DNA of 64,000 bases, taken from positions 62,310,001 through 62,374,000 of the forward strand of contig OZ076415.1 in assembly GCA_964187785.1 (NCBI GenBank). Direction: 5' to 3'. Numbering within the stretch: the stretch's first letter is position 1; each line of letters opens with the position of its first letter. This DNA comes from Amphiscolops sp. MND2022 (taxonomy: Eukaryota). The translations under genes and the position numbers were made by a program. Positions 1 to 13,040 of the stretch are shown here, in pieces. A model generated the notes under the pieces. That model searched no databases. It worked only from the letters and a program-made list of their open reading frames with translations, and was not told the DNA's origin.

Positions 1-264
1 AACTTATTTCTCGATTTCGGAAAATCGAAAGTAGGGGGTAATGGGAGGGAAGGGGAGTCGCCAATTTTTGGGCTCAAACAGTACGAGACGGGTGACTCCT
101 AACCGGAACTGTAATGCATCTACGCCACTTTTGCTTCAATCAAATTAAGCACTAACTGTCTTCATTGGTGATGCAATGCCGTTTCCGTATTGAGTTCTTG
201 TTCGAAGAGCCGATACTTTGTTCTGCGCGGTTCGGTTTTTCTTTGACGTGGTTTGTCTGTTCAG

Positions 265-437
265 GCCGACAAACTTACTCGGAAGTCGCGGGCGACGAGA
301 GATGAGATGACGAAGTTGGAGGAAGACCTTAGTGCAGAGAAGACGGCCAAGAGGAGGGTGCAGAGGGAACTGGATGACCAGATGGAACAGAACGAGACCC
401 TCACCAAGGAGATCAACAACCTCAAAGCCAAACTCAG
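265..437 (+). CDS. Non-muscle myosin II heavy chain (zipper/MYH9/MYH10-like), last coiled-coil exon
   Basis: ttcag| acceptor and AG|gtaac donor (phase 2). ADKLTRKSRATRDEMTKLEEDLSAEKTAKRRVQRELDDQMEQNETLTKEINNLKAKL matches the myosin II rod end pattern (EE..L.KEK..KR..QRE..D..E..E....EIN.LK.KLR). Confidence 0.85.
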
Positions 438-1385
438 GTAACAACCATTCATTGCTACTCCGAACTAAACCGAAACCACCCCATGCAATAGTAAATGGTA
501 AACAAACAACGCCTGCTTTTGACAATCGACGTTTCCAAAACTTAGTTTCATCATTTTTAGTTTTTTTGCCTTCCATCTTGAAATGACGTCATTGGGGTCT
601 GTCATTAATGATATTTTTTCAGTTACTGTTAATTAGTCAATTGTGAAGCTATTATGTTGTGTGCATGAAATCAAAACTGGAAACGGCAGTGCGAACAAAC
701 GAAGCAAATCTTAAATCAGTCAACGTTTCTACTCTTTGTTAAAACCCGTGTGGTATGTGGTATGAAAAACTTTTGCTAGAAAAGTTGAATGCTGTTTTCT
801 GTCTGATACGACTTTCAAATTGAAGCGAGCCAAATGACCACTGTCAAACTCATGGTGCTCATTGCTTGAAGGTATTCTCAGTTTTTTTTATGATCAAATT
901 TTGAAAAACATTGAAATTATCACTATTTTAACTTGTTAGTTGCTCACGGATTACAGAAGGAAATAGTTGCTAAGATGCAGTTTTTGCTGAGGTTTGGAAC
1001 TGTTTAGCCTTAAGAAAGGAGGTAGATCCTGAAGAGAGGAGTCGAGTCAGTCGCTTTCTAGTTCGGTAGGTATCATGTTGAACGCACGAATCAAAATGAT
1101 CAGAACTGTACTGTTCAATGCTACGCTGCAACGCCTGTTATGTTCATTATTTGAGCCATGCAATGGTGTTACATACCTTATGTGCAGTAGTGGGAGAAAT
1201 CCGTACTTCAAATTGAGAAAATTCTTTCTGACGAAAATTATTCACCTAAATACTCGAAAACTACTGGGAAATGCGGGAAATTTTCAAAACTAATGTGTCC
1301 CGGAAGTTTATCTAATTTGCACTGAAGACGGTGGATAACGCCCAAAGAAATAACGTCCAAACGTGATCTGCAACGGTTACATAGA

Positions 1386-2406
1386 CTAGGGTACCAAAAC
1401 GCTAAAGACGCTCAATTTGGCTAACGACAATTTTCAAAGCGCAATATCTTTTGATATTCATTTTACAAAAAGTCATAAGCAAAAGTCACTCAAATTGGAA
1501 TCAAAATTGCAACCGTTTTTTTTGAAGTGAAATCAAAATTTTACAAGTTATATCGCATCGTATTTTGAGGAGTTTTGGAATTTATACGAACTCTATTTAT
1601 TACGCAATAACAACGAAAAACTACTACTCAATATCAGAAGAAACCCACGATCATTTCTTAGCCTGGACACCGTTCTTTACCTTTCATTGCGATACATATG
1701 CCGCGAAAGTGAATTTCATCATCTAGTGTAATGCGTATTTTCCGTGAAACGAGAGTGAACCGTATTCTAGTCGAACGGTGCATTGGGTTCATCGCGTATT
1801 GCGATGCACAGTGTAATGAGAAACTGCGGATTTTGATCATTGAGCGTAATGAGAGAAAAGTGGAAACCAGTCAAGAATTTTCAACCTGAAATCCGTAACG
1901 TGAACGAAGTGTAAATTGGTCAATCTTTGACTAGAATACAGTTTTTGAGTACTTAGAAATTTTATTCATTGAAACCGGGGAAAGTAGTCAAAGCCAAGTT
2001 GGAATTTAACACTTTCTGAAAAGGCTTTTTAAAAAATGAACAGCTAGAAACAGTTGTAAATTGAAGGGTTCGACTTTTGTGATAATTTTGAGGTGTAAGT
2101 TCTTGAGGCGTGCGTTTTCCGAACAAGTGTTTAAGTCAAAATTTTAGAGATCTGAATTAAAGGTACAAAATTTATTGCAGGTATTTTTTGTTACGAATAG
2201 CGGTTTTTGATATCGCATGATACGTTTTAGAAAAGTTTTAAACTTTGTAATTTTTGTTCGATTTCAAAACAAAAATCGCCCTGTAATTCTGAACAAATAT
2301 TGAAAAAGCTTTCTAAGATTTCGTGTAAATTGAGTTTGTAATCTTTTTTGCGATTTGAATTTTTTGTCATTGGAATTGAGTGTCTTAAGTATTTTGGTAC
2401 CTCTAG
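1386..2406. mobile_element. About 1-kb non-autonomous TIR element
   Basis: ctagggtaccaaaa...agacgctcaatt at the left is matched by aattgagtgtctt...ttttggtacctctag at the right. Confidence 0.55.
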
Positions 2407-2433
2407 TTTATACCTGTAGTGCCCTAAGATGAT

Positions 2434-2654
2434 TTTTAGTCGGCGCTTTTCTTAGAAAAGAGCCCGACTATTACAGTCACTCGTTTTTTTTCTTTAAGAC
2501 ACATCTAAGTTATTCAAATATTCAAAAGGGTCCCCCGCTCGGTTTTTTGGGCACTGTTCGACTTTTTCTCGAATTGTTTTGTGTCCAAAGGGTCTCCCTT
2601 CGATTTTATTTGAGCCTTAGATATAGCGCCGACTTGAGACGTTCCCGTCTTGTT
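2434..2654 (+). mobile_element. HINE-like non-autonomous Helentron, short copy
   Basis: 5' ttttAGTCGGCG...CCGACT fold-back; 3' GCGCCGACTT, AGACG-ttcc-CGTCT hairpin and TGTT; no TSD. Confidence 0.75.
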
Positions 2655-4441
2655 ACAAATTTAACGGAGTTTTCATTTGTGCTCTGTCTACGTGGATGCC
2701 GTTCTCTAAGACGTCAAGCACAATAATATAATCTTCTTTTGGTGCAATTGTTGAGGAGGGAAGGCTGTCATTAACAACACTGACGTCTTGTCAAATTGCA
2801 AGAACCCTTCATATATTTTCATAATTTTTTGATACGCTGTAGTTTTCGGGTATTTGGACACAGTATTTTTCACCCGAAACTTTTGTCACAAATGATGCGA
2901 AACAGTCCTCCCACTACGTTATACCAGTTATAAGGTGTATTCTATTGACACTAAATTCCTTTGCGTTCATAAAAATGAGTGTTGACTCAAACGGCGACTC
3001 TGTTGTATTCACAAACTTTTCTAATCACGGTCTGTTATTGCTTTTTTTTCTGCAAGCATTTATTGGAAAAAAGCTTCCGAATGAATTTGAATAAAAAACA
3101 TCGTATATGCCGTGGGCCTTTTCTGTTATTTGCCCGAGTGAATTTCAGCCACCCACTTAGTGACCTGATAAAATCGCCGCTTGGAAGTACTTGTAAAATA
3201 AATGTGTTGCCTTTTTAAAGTTTAAGGGATCTTAATTCACAGGGAAAATAACAGACAAGAAAATATCGTCTAGCAGGCTTTCATTTTCGACAAAGCCGAG
3301 TAAATTTCAACACGAAACGAATTGAAATTCTCAACGGATTTCCCAATTTCGAGAACTTTCTGCGCCTTGGAAAAGTCACTTTTCTTGAAAATTAACGAAG
3401 GCTCAAGTAATTCCTGGTGCGCCCTAAATTTTTATCATTGCACACCACTGGAAGTGGATCCAAGTATTCAAACAATTTTACATGGCATCAGCTATTTATG
3501 ACATTAAAGAGTCCAGTCTACATCTATCAAATTTTGTAAATTTAGTTCCCGGTAATTCCCTACGGAGGTAAAACACATCATCGAATATAATTTATGCAAT
3601 TCAAAATTTTGAAATACTACCCATGTTATCTGAATCCATTTTGTGTGAGTTCCATTCTTGGGGTGAAAATTGTTTTTTTTTCTAAATGTAGAAACGCCTG
3701 CCCTCAAATTTATACTGAAAACTTTTGCTTCTGGTTATCAAATCCAACCTAATATGTATTTAAATCAAATTGTGGCCATCTACGAATGAATGTTTACATG
3801 TTATTCACATTTGTGAAATCACATCCGTATATCATGTGCCTATCTGAGATGTTGCGTTTTTACTGCAACAAATAAGCATGTAAAATGGAACTGTTTTTCG
3901 CAATCGTCATTGCAGCTTTTGTTAACGGCAGAAATGCTGATTTCTCTTGCTAAGCTTTAATGCTTCTTCATCATTTCCTAATTTGCTTTTTTTGTTAAGT
4001 GGTCTTGCAAATTCCACTTTAGGTTTTGAGATCTTAAGTCATTCCATTTCGCTTGGTTTTGTTGGCTAGTTGGCTGTTTTCTTTTACGTGTTGAAAATGT
4101 TGTCACCTTTGTTTAAAGCACGCGACTTGGATATTGTACCCTTAAAATATCGTAATCATTCCGAAAACGACCATCTCCAAACTTCGCACAATTGGTCCTC
4201 CTTAAAACTGGCATGCTTTGATACTCACCTCGTTAATTCATTATAATTAACAAATAACATATTTACTAAAATGATCTAATTCTGGGTGCCTGGTGCAATA
4301 GCCAGTTGGCAAAAGCCAGATGTCCCAATCGGGACACTCTGGCATGTTGACCTCTGGCAATTTGACCTGTAAGCCTGGTTGGCTTGTGTCACCACTAACC
4401 TGGCGTGTGTCATTAACTACCATGCATGGTGTGTGTTGCAG

Positions 4442-4532
4442 GACTTCTGGGTTTGGAGCTGGTGCCAGTTCCCGAAGTGGACGCAGGACCCGGTTGCCCT
4501 CGGACCCTGAAGATGCCGCTGATGGGGATTAG
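4442..4532 (+). CDS. Myosin II non-helical tailpiece, proximal terminal exon
   Basis: gtgtgttgcag| phase-2 acceptor with ctaac/ttaac branch-like motifs upstream. Joins as ...KAKL-R-TSGFGAGASSRSGRRTRLPSDPEDAADGD*; SSRSGRR resembles the MYH10 tailpiece. Confidence 0.8.
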
Positions 4533-5714
4533 TCACCCCCGCCCAATACCCCCACCTGTAATATAATTAATATACAAAACACTAACTTCAACTCGCCCGC
4601 CACCCCTTTTGTTGCCCAATATTGTGTTGCTACAATATACACAATCTTCATCATGATGTACAAATAATGAAAGAAAAACAAACTCTGCAGATTTGATCTG
4701 ATCTGATGGACTTGCTCTCAAACCTAATGACGTCACCTGAATGAAGCCGTTGCTAAATTGACTGGTTGTGTGAGAAATCGACTCGTATTATTTTTTCCGC
4801 TAGAGTCGCGGATAGAGATCCCTTCTATTGGTGCCCTTAGAGATAGAAAATAATCAAGAGCTGCTCCTAAACATTCCGAACTGGGACAACAGACTTTGTG
4901 ATGACCAATTCTTCAATTCGTCTTGCAGTGTGAGTGACTTACGAATTGAATTGTGACTTTCACCTCCCCGTGCTTTATAATATAGTCAAGTGACCCACAT
5001 TGTCGTACTCTGCTACCCTTTCCCCGCCCACATGCAAACATTCCTTTGAAATTTTTATTGGAAAAAGTACTATATTTGTTACTAATCTTGCATTCTATTG
5101 GTTAATTGCTGAACTAATCAATTATTTTGATAACTAACGTCGCCGCTTCCATTTAGATTATACTTCATTAATGGTTGCATTCCATCTCATTCGGATTTTT
5201 AACCCCATATGACTGACTCTCGATTTTTTTTAAATAAGGGCTTGAAATCTAACACGTGCAATACGGCAAAGTGAATTGTTGGCGTGAAAAGGTTTTCACA
5301 ATATCAATGAACGACGTTTGAGATGAAGTGCAGCAAGATCGAATCGAAGAGTTTATTTTTGATTCTATCTCGTAATACTGTAAATTTTGGATAATTTCGG
5401 CAACCGACTCTCTCAGCTGTAGGGTTATGCTGTTTTGATAGTTGTGAAACCAACGAATGAACATTGTCGTCAAATCTATTGTAGTGAGAAATGGAGTTGA
5501 TTCATAAATATTTATACTTGCCTCCTTGTGTTCCTTCCTGCTTTTGTCAAAGTGATCATCTGCTGATCTGAATCCTTCAATGCAAATATTACAGTCAAAA
5601 ACTTCTTCAATGCCTTGCCTTTTCTCATACATGAAAAAAGGATTCATATTTTCTATCATTTTCCAATTACAAAACAGTTTTTACACTTGCGATAAGCAAA
5701 CAAGTATTTTGAAG

Positions 5715-7335
5715 CAGAAGGTTCTCACTTTTTCGGCACTATGAGACTCCTCCCTTTTTTTCGGCTTTTTGAGACTTTTTTCGAAAATTTTTTAATGTCC
5801 TCAAAGGGTCCTCCCTTCAATTTATTTTGATTTTTTGCAACAGAACGAATGTTAAAAAATCCCAAAGGGTCCCTTCTTTCAGATTTTTCGGCACTATGAG
5901 ACTTAAAAATTCTCATTTTTTTGTTTTTTTTTCCGAAAAATTTTCACAGAGACTCCAATGGGTTCCCCTTCAATTTTTTTTTGAAATTTTGCAACAGAAT
6001 GGTTAAAAAATCTCAAAGGGCCCCCTTTTACAGTTTTCGGCATTGTGAGAAATTTCAAAATGAATAATTTTTGTCTTAAAATTAGCTATATCCGAATTTT
6101 GTTTTTTTAGGAGTCGGAAAAAATTTTCGACTACTTATGCAATCGTGCTGTTTTTTTTTCTCCCGACCTTTTCATGAAAATTTCAAATTTCTCAAAAACT
6201 GTCCATACGATTTTCACGAAATTTTGCACAGTCATTCTACACCCAAAGGGGCCCCTGCGTGTGCAAAGGCATCAAAATCGTATGGCTGGGATGTGAGAAA
6301 CATAGCCAAAATTAGCCCAAAAATGGCCAAAAAACAGCCATTTTTCGACTTTTTTCGATTTTCTCAAAAACTGTCCATACGATTTGAACGAAATTTTCTA
6401 CAGATATTCTGCACCATATTAGAGTCCTATATGTGCAATGGCATCAAAATCGTATGGCTGGGATGTGAGAAACATAGCCAAAATTAGCCCAAAAATGGCC
6501 AAAAAACAGCCATTTTTCGACTTTTTTCGATTTTCTCAAAAACTGTCCATACGATTCGAACGAAATTTTCTACAGTTGTTCTACACCATATTAGAGTCCT
6601 ATATGTGCAATGACATCAAAATCGTATGGCTGGGATGTGAGAAACATAGCCAAAATTAGCCCAAAATTGGCCAAAAAACCGCCATTTTTCGACTTTTTTC
6701 GATTTTCTCAAAAACTGTCCATACGATTCAAACGAAATTTTCTACAGTCATTCTACACCATATTAGAGTCCTATATGTGCAACGGCATCAAAATTGTATG
6801 GCTGGGATGTGAGAAACATAGCCTAAATTAGCCCAATAATGGTCAAAAAAAGAGCCATTTTTCGACTTCAGAAGGAAAAAGACTTAAGCCGACTCCTTTA
6901 CCGCATATGCGGCTCTGGTTTAAAGACCGACCTTTTTTCTATGCTACTTTTTTCTAATTTGTTTTCATCGAAGCCCCCCCTCAATTTTTACTTAAAATGA
7001 AACGTTTTGCGAGCACAAAGAACTGCTCAAGGTTTTCGGCACTATGCGACTTACCGGAGACGACCTTCTTCAAAAAATTTTTCTTATTTTTCTGTTTTTT
7101 TTTAAAAAAAATGTTTCCGGTTGAGAAAGATGGGTTTTTTGCTGTTTCCAGTTGGGGAAGAATGGTTTTCGAGATTTATGCGTATCCCTTCGGGTATTTT
7201 TTGTGGCTGTAAAATTGATGAAATTTTAACAATGTCATTTTACACTTGGTTCTCCGTATGATTTTGCTTATTTGGTTTTCAAAAGTTCGCAACCTTTTGC
7301 GCAAGTGTTTGCGAAGCCCGGCTTCGCCTCTGTGT
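5715..7335 (+). mobile_element. Long HINE-related element carrying a 172-bp tandem array
   Basis: Shares core motifs (ttttcggcactatgagact, aaagggtcccc) with the HINE copies; ends near a perfect hairpin GCGAAGC-ccg-GCTTCGC (7311-7327). Boundaries approximate. Confidence 0.55.
6189..6870. repeat. 172-bp tandem repeat, about 4 units
   Basis: ggcatcaaaatcgtatggctgggatgtgagaaacatagcc recurs at 6268, 6440, 6612 and 6784. Confidence 0.95.
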
Positions 7336-8169
7336 TAATTTTCCATTCATGCGTGGTGTGAAGCGACTGCTCGCAAAGGATGTTGACAAAAAAGAAGAAG
7401 CTTTCATGTATCTAAAAACACTGATGATGTAGCACAGTTTTGCTTAGCATCGAGGCGCTAGTCTGGTGGATCTCGTGATAGACAATCATCTTGAGGCTTT
7501 TATTCCAGGACTTCTTTTCTGTCCAAGAAAAATGCATGTGCATGTTAAACACTGACAGAAATTTAAAATTATGAGTGGATTAATGCTTCTAACTCTTGAA
7601 AAGTTGATTGCAGTTTTTACTTGAAATGATGGAATCGGTCTTCCATCGCAGCGTTCCGTGAATTTTTTTCTGGCGTTCACAGAGGTGAATCGTAGAGCAA
7701 TATTTTTGGGTGCAACTGACAAGTGCATGTCTTTCATCCGAAAAGGTTTCCGGTACTTCATATGAGACGTTGATGAAAAGAGGAACAGTGGCACCGATTT
7801 TTTCTCGCAGACTTTTACAAGACAGCTTTATTAAAAATTGGGACTTTCAGACCTCAATTAATGGAAGAAATTAAGAGTAATCTCAACTAGAAGTGTCTCT
7901 TCAGATCTGGAAACGATCATGTATATAGGGTTCCAGAATGATTAATCAAGGTGTCTTTCTACCGCCTTCTGTAAGTCCTTAATCTAAAACTACGAAGAGT
8001 CGGATGTATCTCGCTTTAAGTTCGCCGTAGCAAACGCTATATCATAAAATAATTATCAAAGTTCGATTCGAAAATATATAGCCTGGTAGTGGTCTTTCGT
8101 GAAAGAATAAATTAAGGCACCTCTTTGGTATCAAATTTTTTGAATTGGACTTGGTATTTAGGAATTGGT

Positions 8170-8395
8170 ATTGGGTTCTAATTACCCTCAACTCGCCATT
8201 ATTAGACCTTGACCAAGTCAATCATCCTTAGTTTAGTTGTATAGCCGTGGCAAAAAAAGATCAGAGAAACTGCAAGCACGAGACCGCTGTGACTATAAGC
8301 AAGTCACCTTGCAACCAGTTTCAAGCCGACCCTTGCTTGGCCACTTAGCTGCAAATATTGAAACAGTTTGCTTTGGGTCCACCCCGCGGTTGTGC
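8170..8395 (+). mobile_element. Degenerate copy of the same SINE family
   Basis: ctcaactcgccatt...caagtc...gtccaccccgcgg blocks shared with 42231-42524. Confidence 0.65.
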
Positions 8396-10796
8396 CAATT
8401 GAACGTTCTTAATATTCGATTGTTTTATGGAAATGACGTGCTTTCCACAGAGTAATATTTGGCTACTGAGCATAACACAGTTCAAAAACAAGAGCTTTTA
8501 GCATTTTTAAGAACCCGAAACAATCCGCCAAAAAGTTCGATATTTCAATTTTGTGAGTTTCATAAGTTTCTCTTAAAGTTCTCTTAAGTATACGTTTATC
8601 AGTTGCGCTAAAAATGAATATACCTAGAAAAGAGCCTCTCTGAATTAACTATACTCTTATGAAACAGATTTTGTAAACGGTTTACATATCGAACAACCAA
8701 TCAAAAAGATGCTTACAGAAAAGTGCCTTAGTTTTCAAAAATATAGGGTTTTTTGGAATTGAAAAAGCAGGAATGTCAATCTGCCAGATTTGTTTTTAGT
8801 TGAGGCACTGGTAGGTTCTTTGTCAGATCAAATAATGGTCTAGTATCCAGAACAATTTTGCGACAAAACGCCACTTGGCAGAGTGGTTAGAATGCATGCT
8901 TCAAAACATGCAACTGAAACACATCTATTTTAGATTCCAAAGGTTGATAAGACATCAAAGGCTAAATGACGTTTTGTTGCCAAAAACTATGAATAACTCA
9001 CAAAAGTTTCTGTACATTTTTCAGATTTTAGGTTTCCGCTTCTTAAATAGAAGTCAAAAAATAAAATATCCCCACCTTAGATTTTCTAATAAAGTTTCAA
9101 AAAGTCGGTTAAGACCACTCTGGGATTTTCTCTTGAATCCATGTATTTTTTGAACGTTCCTATTGCACTGTTTTCTTTTCTAATATTCTGAATTTCGGAC
9201 GAAAAATGAGAATTTGAAACAGTCTCAGAGTGACGAAAAATGTAAAGGGAAAATTAAATTAGGACCCTTTGGGTTTTTAACATCCAATTTATTGCAAAAA
9301 AAACAAATTTTAGGTGGAATCATTTGAAGACACTTGAAAAATTTGAAAGGCCAAAAAATTTGAAAGGAGGACCCTTTAGTCTCGTCTGCTTTCTGTTACG
9401 TTACAAAAGGGGAAGATGAAAGGAGGACCCTTTGCACTAAATTACGCGTTTCCGAAGTATTCATTTAGTTTCATAATAATTTAGAAACCATAATTTAGAA
9501 TTCCGTCGCATTCGCACCTGCATTAGAGAAAAACAAAAAAACGAGTGATTGTGACAGTTGGGCTCTTTTATTTTAAATGATGTTTTAAATTTTGATTTTC
9601 TGTAATTCCAAAAGTTTTCAAATAATATTGCGAAAGTTTGCTCGAAATCTCCCACTCTGAAATAAATACCGAAAACAATGCAATCTTGAGAGTATTGTTC
9701 GTGTAGCTTTATAACATTTCTACAACTTTCAATTTTACAACCACATACAAAGAGTTCTGAAACTGTCGTTCAACTGTTTTGAGGGGCGCTCATTCTTGTA
9801 TTTCGTCACATTTAATATAGCGTCAATTATAGCGAAAATAGCTGGACAAAAAGCTCTCTTATGAAGTGAAATAAAATGGAAAATTCATACTCAAAATTGA
9901 TTGTTTTCAATGAGCAAATCTTTTCTGTTTTCCCTCACCACCATCAAAATTTATTTGGAATATAGTAGGAAAAAGAGACTCAAAACCAAATCATAAACGT
10001 TCAATTTTAAATCTATTTTCAAGGAGACAGCTAAGTTTCTAGATTTTAATTTTGTTCACACACTATTTCTTATGTAGTCACGCATTCTTGAAAAAAGACG
10101 TAATTCGAACACAATCACAGCCAGGATGTTTGAAAATGTTTTGCTCAAACGAAAATCTGTTCCAATAGACTTTTTCCTGTTATTGGAAATGTTTAATGTT
10201 TCTTATTTATATTTTTGATGTTAATTGTCAACAAAAAAGCCTCAAAACCAACTGATTGACATCAGCCCGTTGTGTTTTCGTTCTCCATTGTTTCTAACCT
10301 TTTTGGGAAAAAGTCAAATCGCGACCTTCAAAGTTTCTGAGAAAAGAGAACTTTGCCAAAAACTTCAGAAAAAATCTTCAGAAAAAAAACGAAACTATCT
10401 GAAATTTCAGTCGTGAAAGTTTTTCTTGCAACAAAATTCATTATTTCTATTTATTAAAAATCTGGAAATGATTCAAAATTTTTAAAATAGGATATTCGGC
10501 ATTAATTCAGGCGGATTTGCTATGTTCTCCCAAGTGATATGTTTGGACCGAGAAAAGTTTCATTTATTTCATTTTTTTCGTCTTTGGGGATATATCCTTC
10601 AAACGAGTAGTTGTAATTTGGTTTTTTGAATTCATTGGATAGTAGTCGTTATTAGGAAGCTTGCAAGAAGCATAAACGCGTGTATAAGTTTGGAAAGATT
10701 GAGTTTTTAAAGGTTTTCTAGAAAATAGCATTTCGTTCCGTTGAAATCCCTTAAACTGAAATTGTAAATGACGTTGTGAAAATTCCTTAGATTCAA

Positions 10797-11279
10797 CCCT
10801 TGTTGAACATGCTTGAACTTTTTACATATTCTTTAACGTTGCTAGCAACTCTAATGATAATTTTCTGAAACTCTTGCGGAAATTCTAAACGTTTTTTTCC
10901 TGTTGTGATCAACTTTTGCCAAGTTGCTTTAAAAAATCATCACAGTCTTGGCAGTAATTTAGAGCCAAGAAGTTCTGGAAGTTTCATTACTCATCAGTTC
11001 TATTTTCAAATGCAGCTGAGACGTCAACAAATTTGCTGCCATTCTAATGCAAAGTAACTTCATTCACAATGTAAGCAACAAGCTAGCGTCATCTTCGGCG
11101 TCCTGTTTGAGAAGCGGTGATTAAATCAGATGAGTAGTTGAGAAAACAATTTCCGGAAAATTCATTCTTATTCTAAAAAAAATACTACAGGAACCTCACT
11201 GAATTTTCTAGATTCTGTAAACAATTACCTTGCATGCAGGCTTGCTGCTTGTAAAAAGTTTCAGCAGTCTCAACTAGGG
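10797..11279 (-). mobile_element. MITE family B (CCCT[A/T]GTTGA termini)
   Basis: cccttgttgaacatgcttgaac...cagcagtctcaactaggg. Confidence 0.75.
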
Positions 11280-11305
11280 AACTGGTGGCACTGTGTGTAA
11301 TCTCG

Positions 11306-11832
11306 TTTTTATTCGGCGTTTTCGAAGAAAATCCCAAATCTTACAGTGGCTAGTTTTTTTTGTCAGTTCAACGCGTAACGTCCACTTTTTGTGCATTAAT
11401 GCACATTTACCAACTTTTACCATATGTACTTAGTACTTCATTTTCAACGCATCCAAAGCCTCTAACATGAGATAAAAAGCCATTCCAAAGCAGAAGAGTC
11501 CACTTTTTTCGAACTATGAGACTTTCCTCCTTTTTTCGGCACTGTGAGACTGATTTTTTTCCGAAATTTTTTTATTGTTCCTCCCATCAATTTTTGATAT
11601 TTTGCAACAGAATGGATGTTCAAAAAAACCCAAAGCGTTCCCCCTTTTACATTTTTCGGCACTATGCGACTTACCGGAAACTTCAAAAAAATTTCCGAAA
11701 AAAAATTTCAGAATTTTTTTTTCTCAATTTTTAGTTTTTTGAGAGCTTTTGTTGTCTCCAGTTGTAGAAAAAGTGGTTTTCGTCTTTTCGAGCCTTAGAT
11801 ATGGCGCCGACTTGAGCCGTTTCCGGCTTGTT
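11306..11832 (+). mobile_element. HINE-like element
   Basis: 5' ttttattcggcgtttt; 3' ggcgccgacttg-AGCCG-tttc-CGGCT-tgtt. Confidence 0.75.
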
Positions 11833-11898
11833 GGATGTTTTCAAGGACGTTTACTCACCTAAATTTCACCTAAACGTAAAATCAAAAATTGCTTGTTC

Positions 11899-13013
11899 TA
11901 GGGGTGTCAAGTCCAGTCCGATATACGGCCGAATTTTGTTAAACTGTCTGGTCCGGTATCTGGCCGAACGTTTGACGAAATCTGGCTGGACAAAAATCTA
12001 AAGGAATGAAAAAATAACTCATATTAAAACTTTTTCAAACGACCAAAAATTGAATTCATGAATCAACAAGACGGGAACGTCTAAAGTCGGCGCCATATCT
12101 AAGGCTCAAAAAGCGCAAAAAAATATTTTTGGAAAAAATTGAAATTTTTGAAATTTTTTTTTCAAAAAAAGTCGCATAGTGCCGAAAAATGTAAAAGGGG
12201 GATCCTTCTGGATTTATTAACATACATTCCGTTGCAAAATATCAAAAAACTCGAAGGGGGACCCTTTGGGGACAAAAAAAATTTTCGAAAAAAAAGTCGC
12301 ACAGTACCGAAAAAAACTCAAATGGGGGACCCTATAGTCTCGTCCTGTTTTGTATCTTACGATAAAAATGGACTTACTGAAAGGGGGGACCGTTTGCATT
12401 ATCTCAAATGCGCTGCCAGTATTTTAGTAGTACTGTATTTAGTAGTTGAACGTTAATTTTAACGTTCGTCGCTTCGAGTCTGTCTTAAAAAAAACGAGTG
12501 ACTGTAATAGTCGGGCTCTTTTCTTAAGAAAAGCGCCGACTAAAAATAAAGGAATTGCATGGAAAAAAACCTCTAGTGTAAAAAATGGTTCAATTGATTA
12601 ATTCGACATATGACGAGCTTCTAAGATACTTTATATGAAAGGAAACGGATGGAACTATTTCTGGAAAACCGACCATTAAATTCGTCCAAAATGTGACATA
12701 ATTTTGCTATTTTCAATCTAATTTCTCTTCTATAAACACAATCGCGAAGGTCATGGAACTTGAATCTAAAGGCAGTAAACTTTCATTTGGGGCCACTGCC
12801 GAAGAAAATTGGTGTAAAAATGGAAAATCGCTTTTGGAAAACAACACTCATGCATTTATTGCCATTTTTGAAGATTCATTCCTTGATACTGCTACATCTG
12901 AACATTCATTTACTCTTACAGTTGAGGATAATGTCTGGTTCGGCCTTTATCCGGCTCAATTCAGTCCTGTCCGGTTGTCCGGCTGGACGGGATTTTTTTC
13001 TTGTGCACCTCTA
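11899..13013. mobile_element. hAT-type MITE with 8-bp TSD
   Basis: Termini TAGGGGTG...CACCTCTA; flanks gcttgttc / tcttgttc (7 of 8 identical); contains HINE 12065-12545. Confidence 0.75.
12065..12545 (-). mobile_element. HINE-like element nested in a hAT-type MITE
   Basis: aacaagacgggaacgtct...gtcggcgcc at the left and gaaaagcgccgactaaaa at the right. Confidence 0.78.
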
Positions 13014-13040
13014 TCTTGTTCTGTCAAAAAATTGAAAGTC

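Noticed and set aside
145-576. 143-aa minus-strand ORF
   Set aside because: Antisense shadow of the myosin exon; no independent motif.
4803-4935. Extra myosin exon (acceptors at 4803 and 4839, GTGAGT at 4930)
   Set aside because: No frame links the phase-2 donor at 438 to the phase-2 acceptor at 15059 without a stop; at most a UTR exon or an 11-aa alternative end.
6137-6831. Three similar ORFs (SKSYGWDVRNIAK...) or a CRISPR-like array
   Set aside because: Translation of a 172-bp tandem repeat; no unique spacers and no cas genes.
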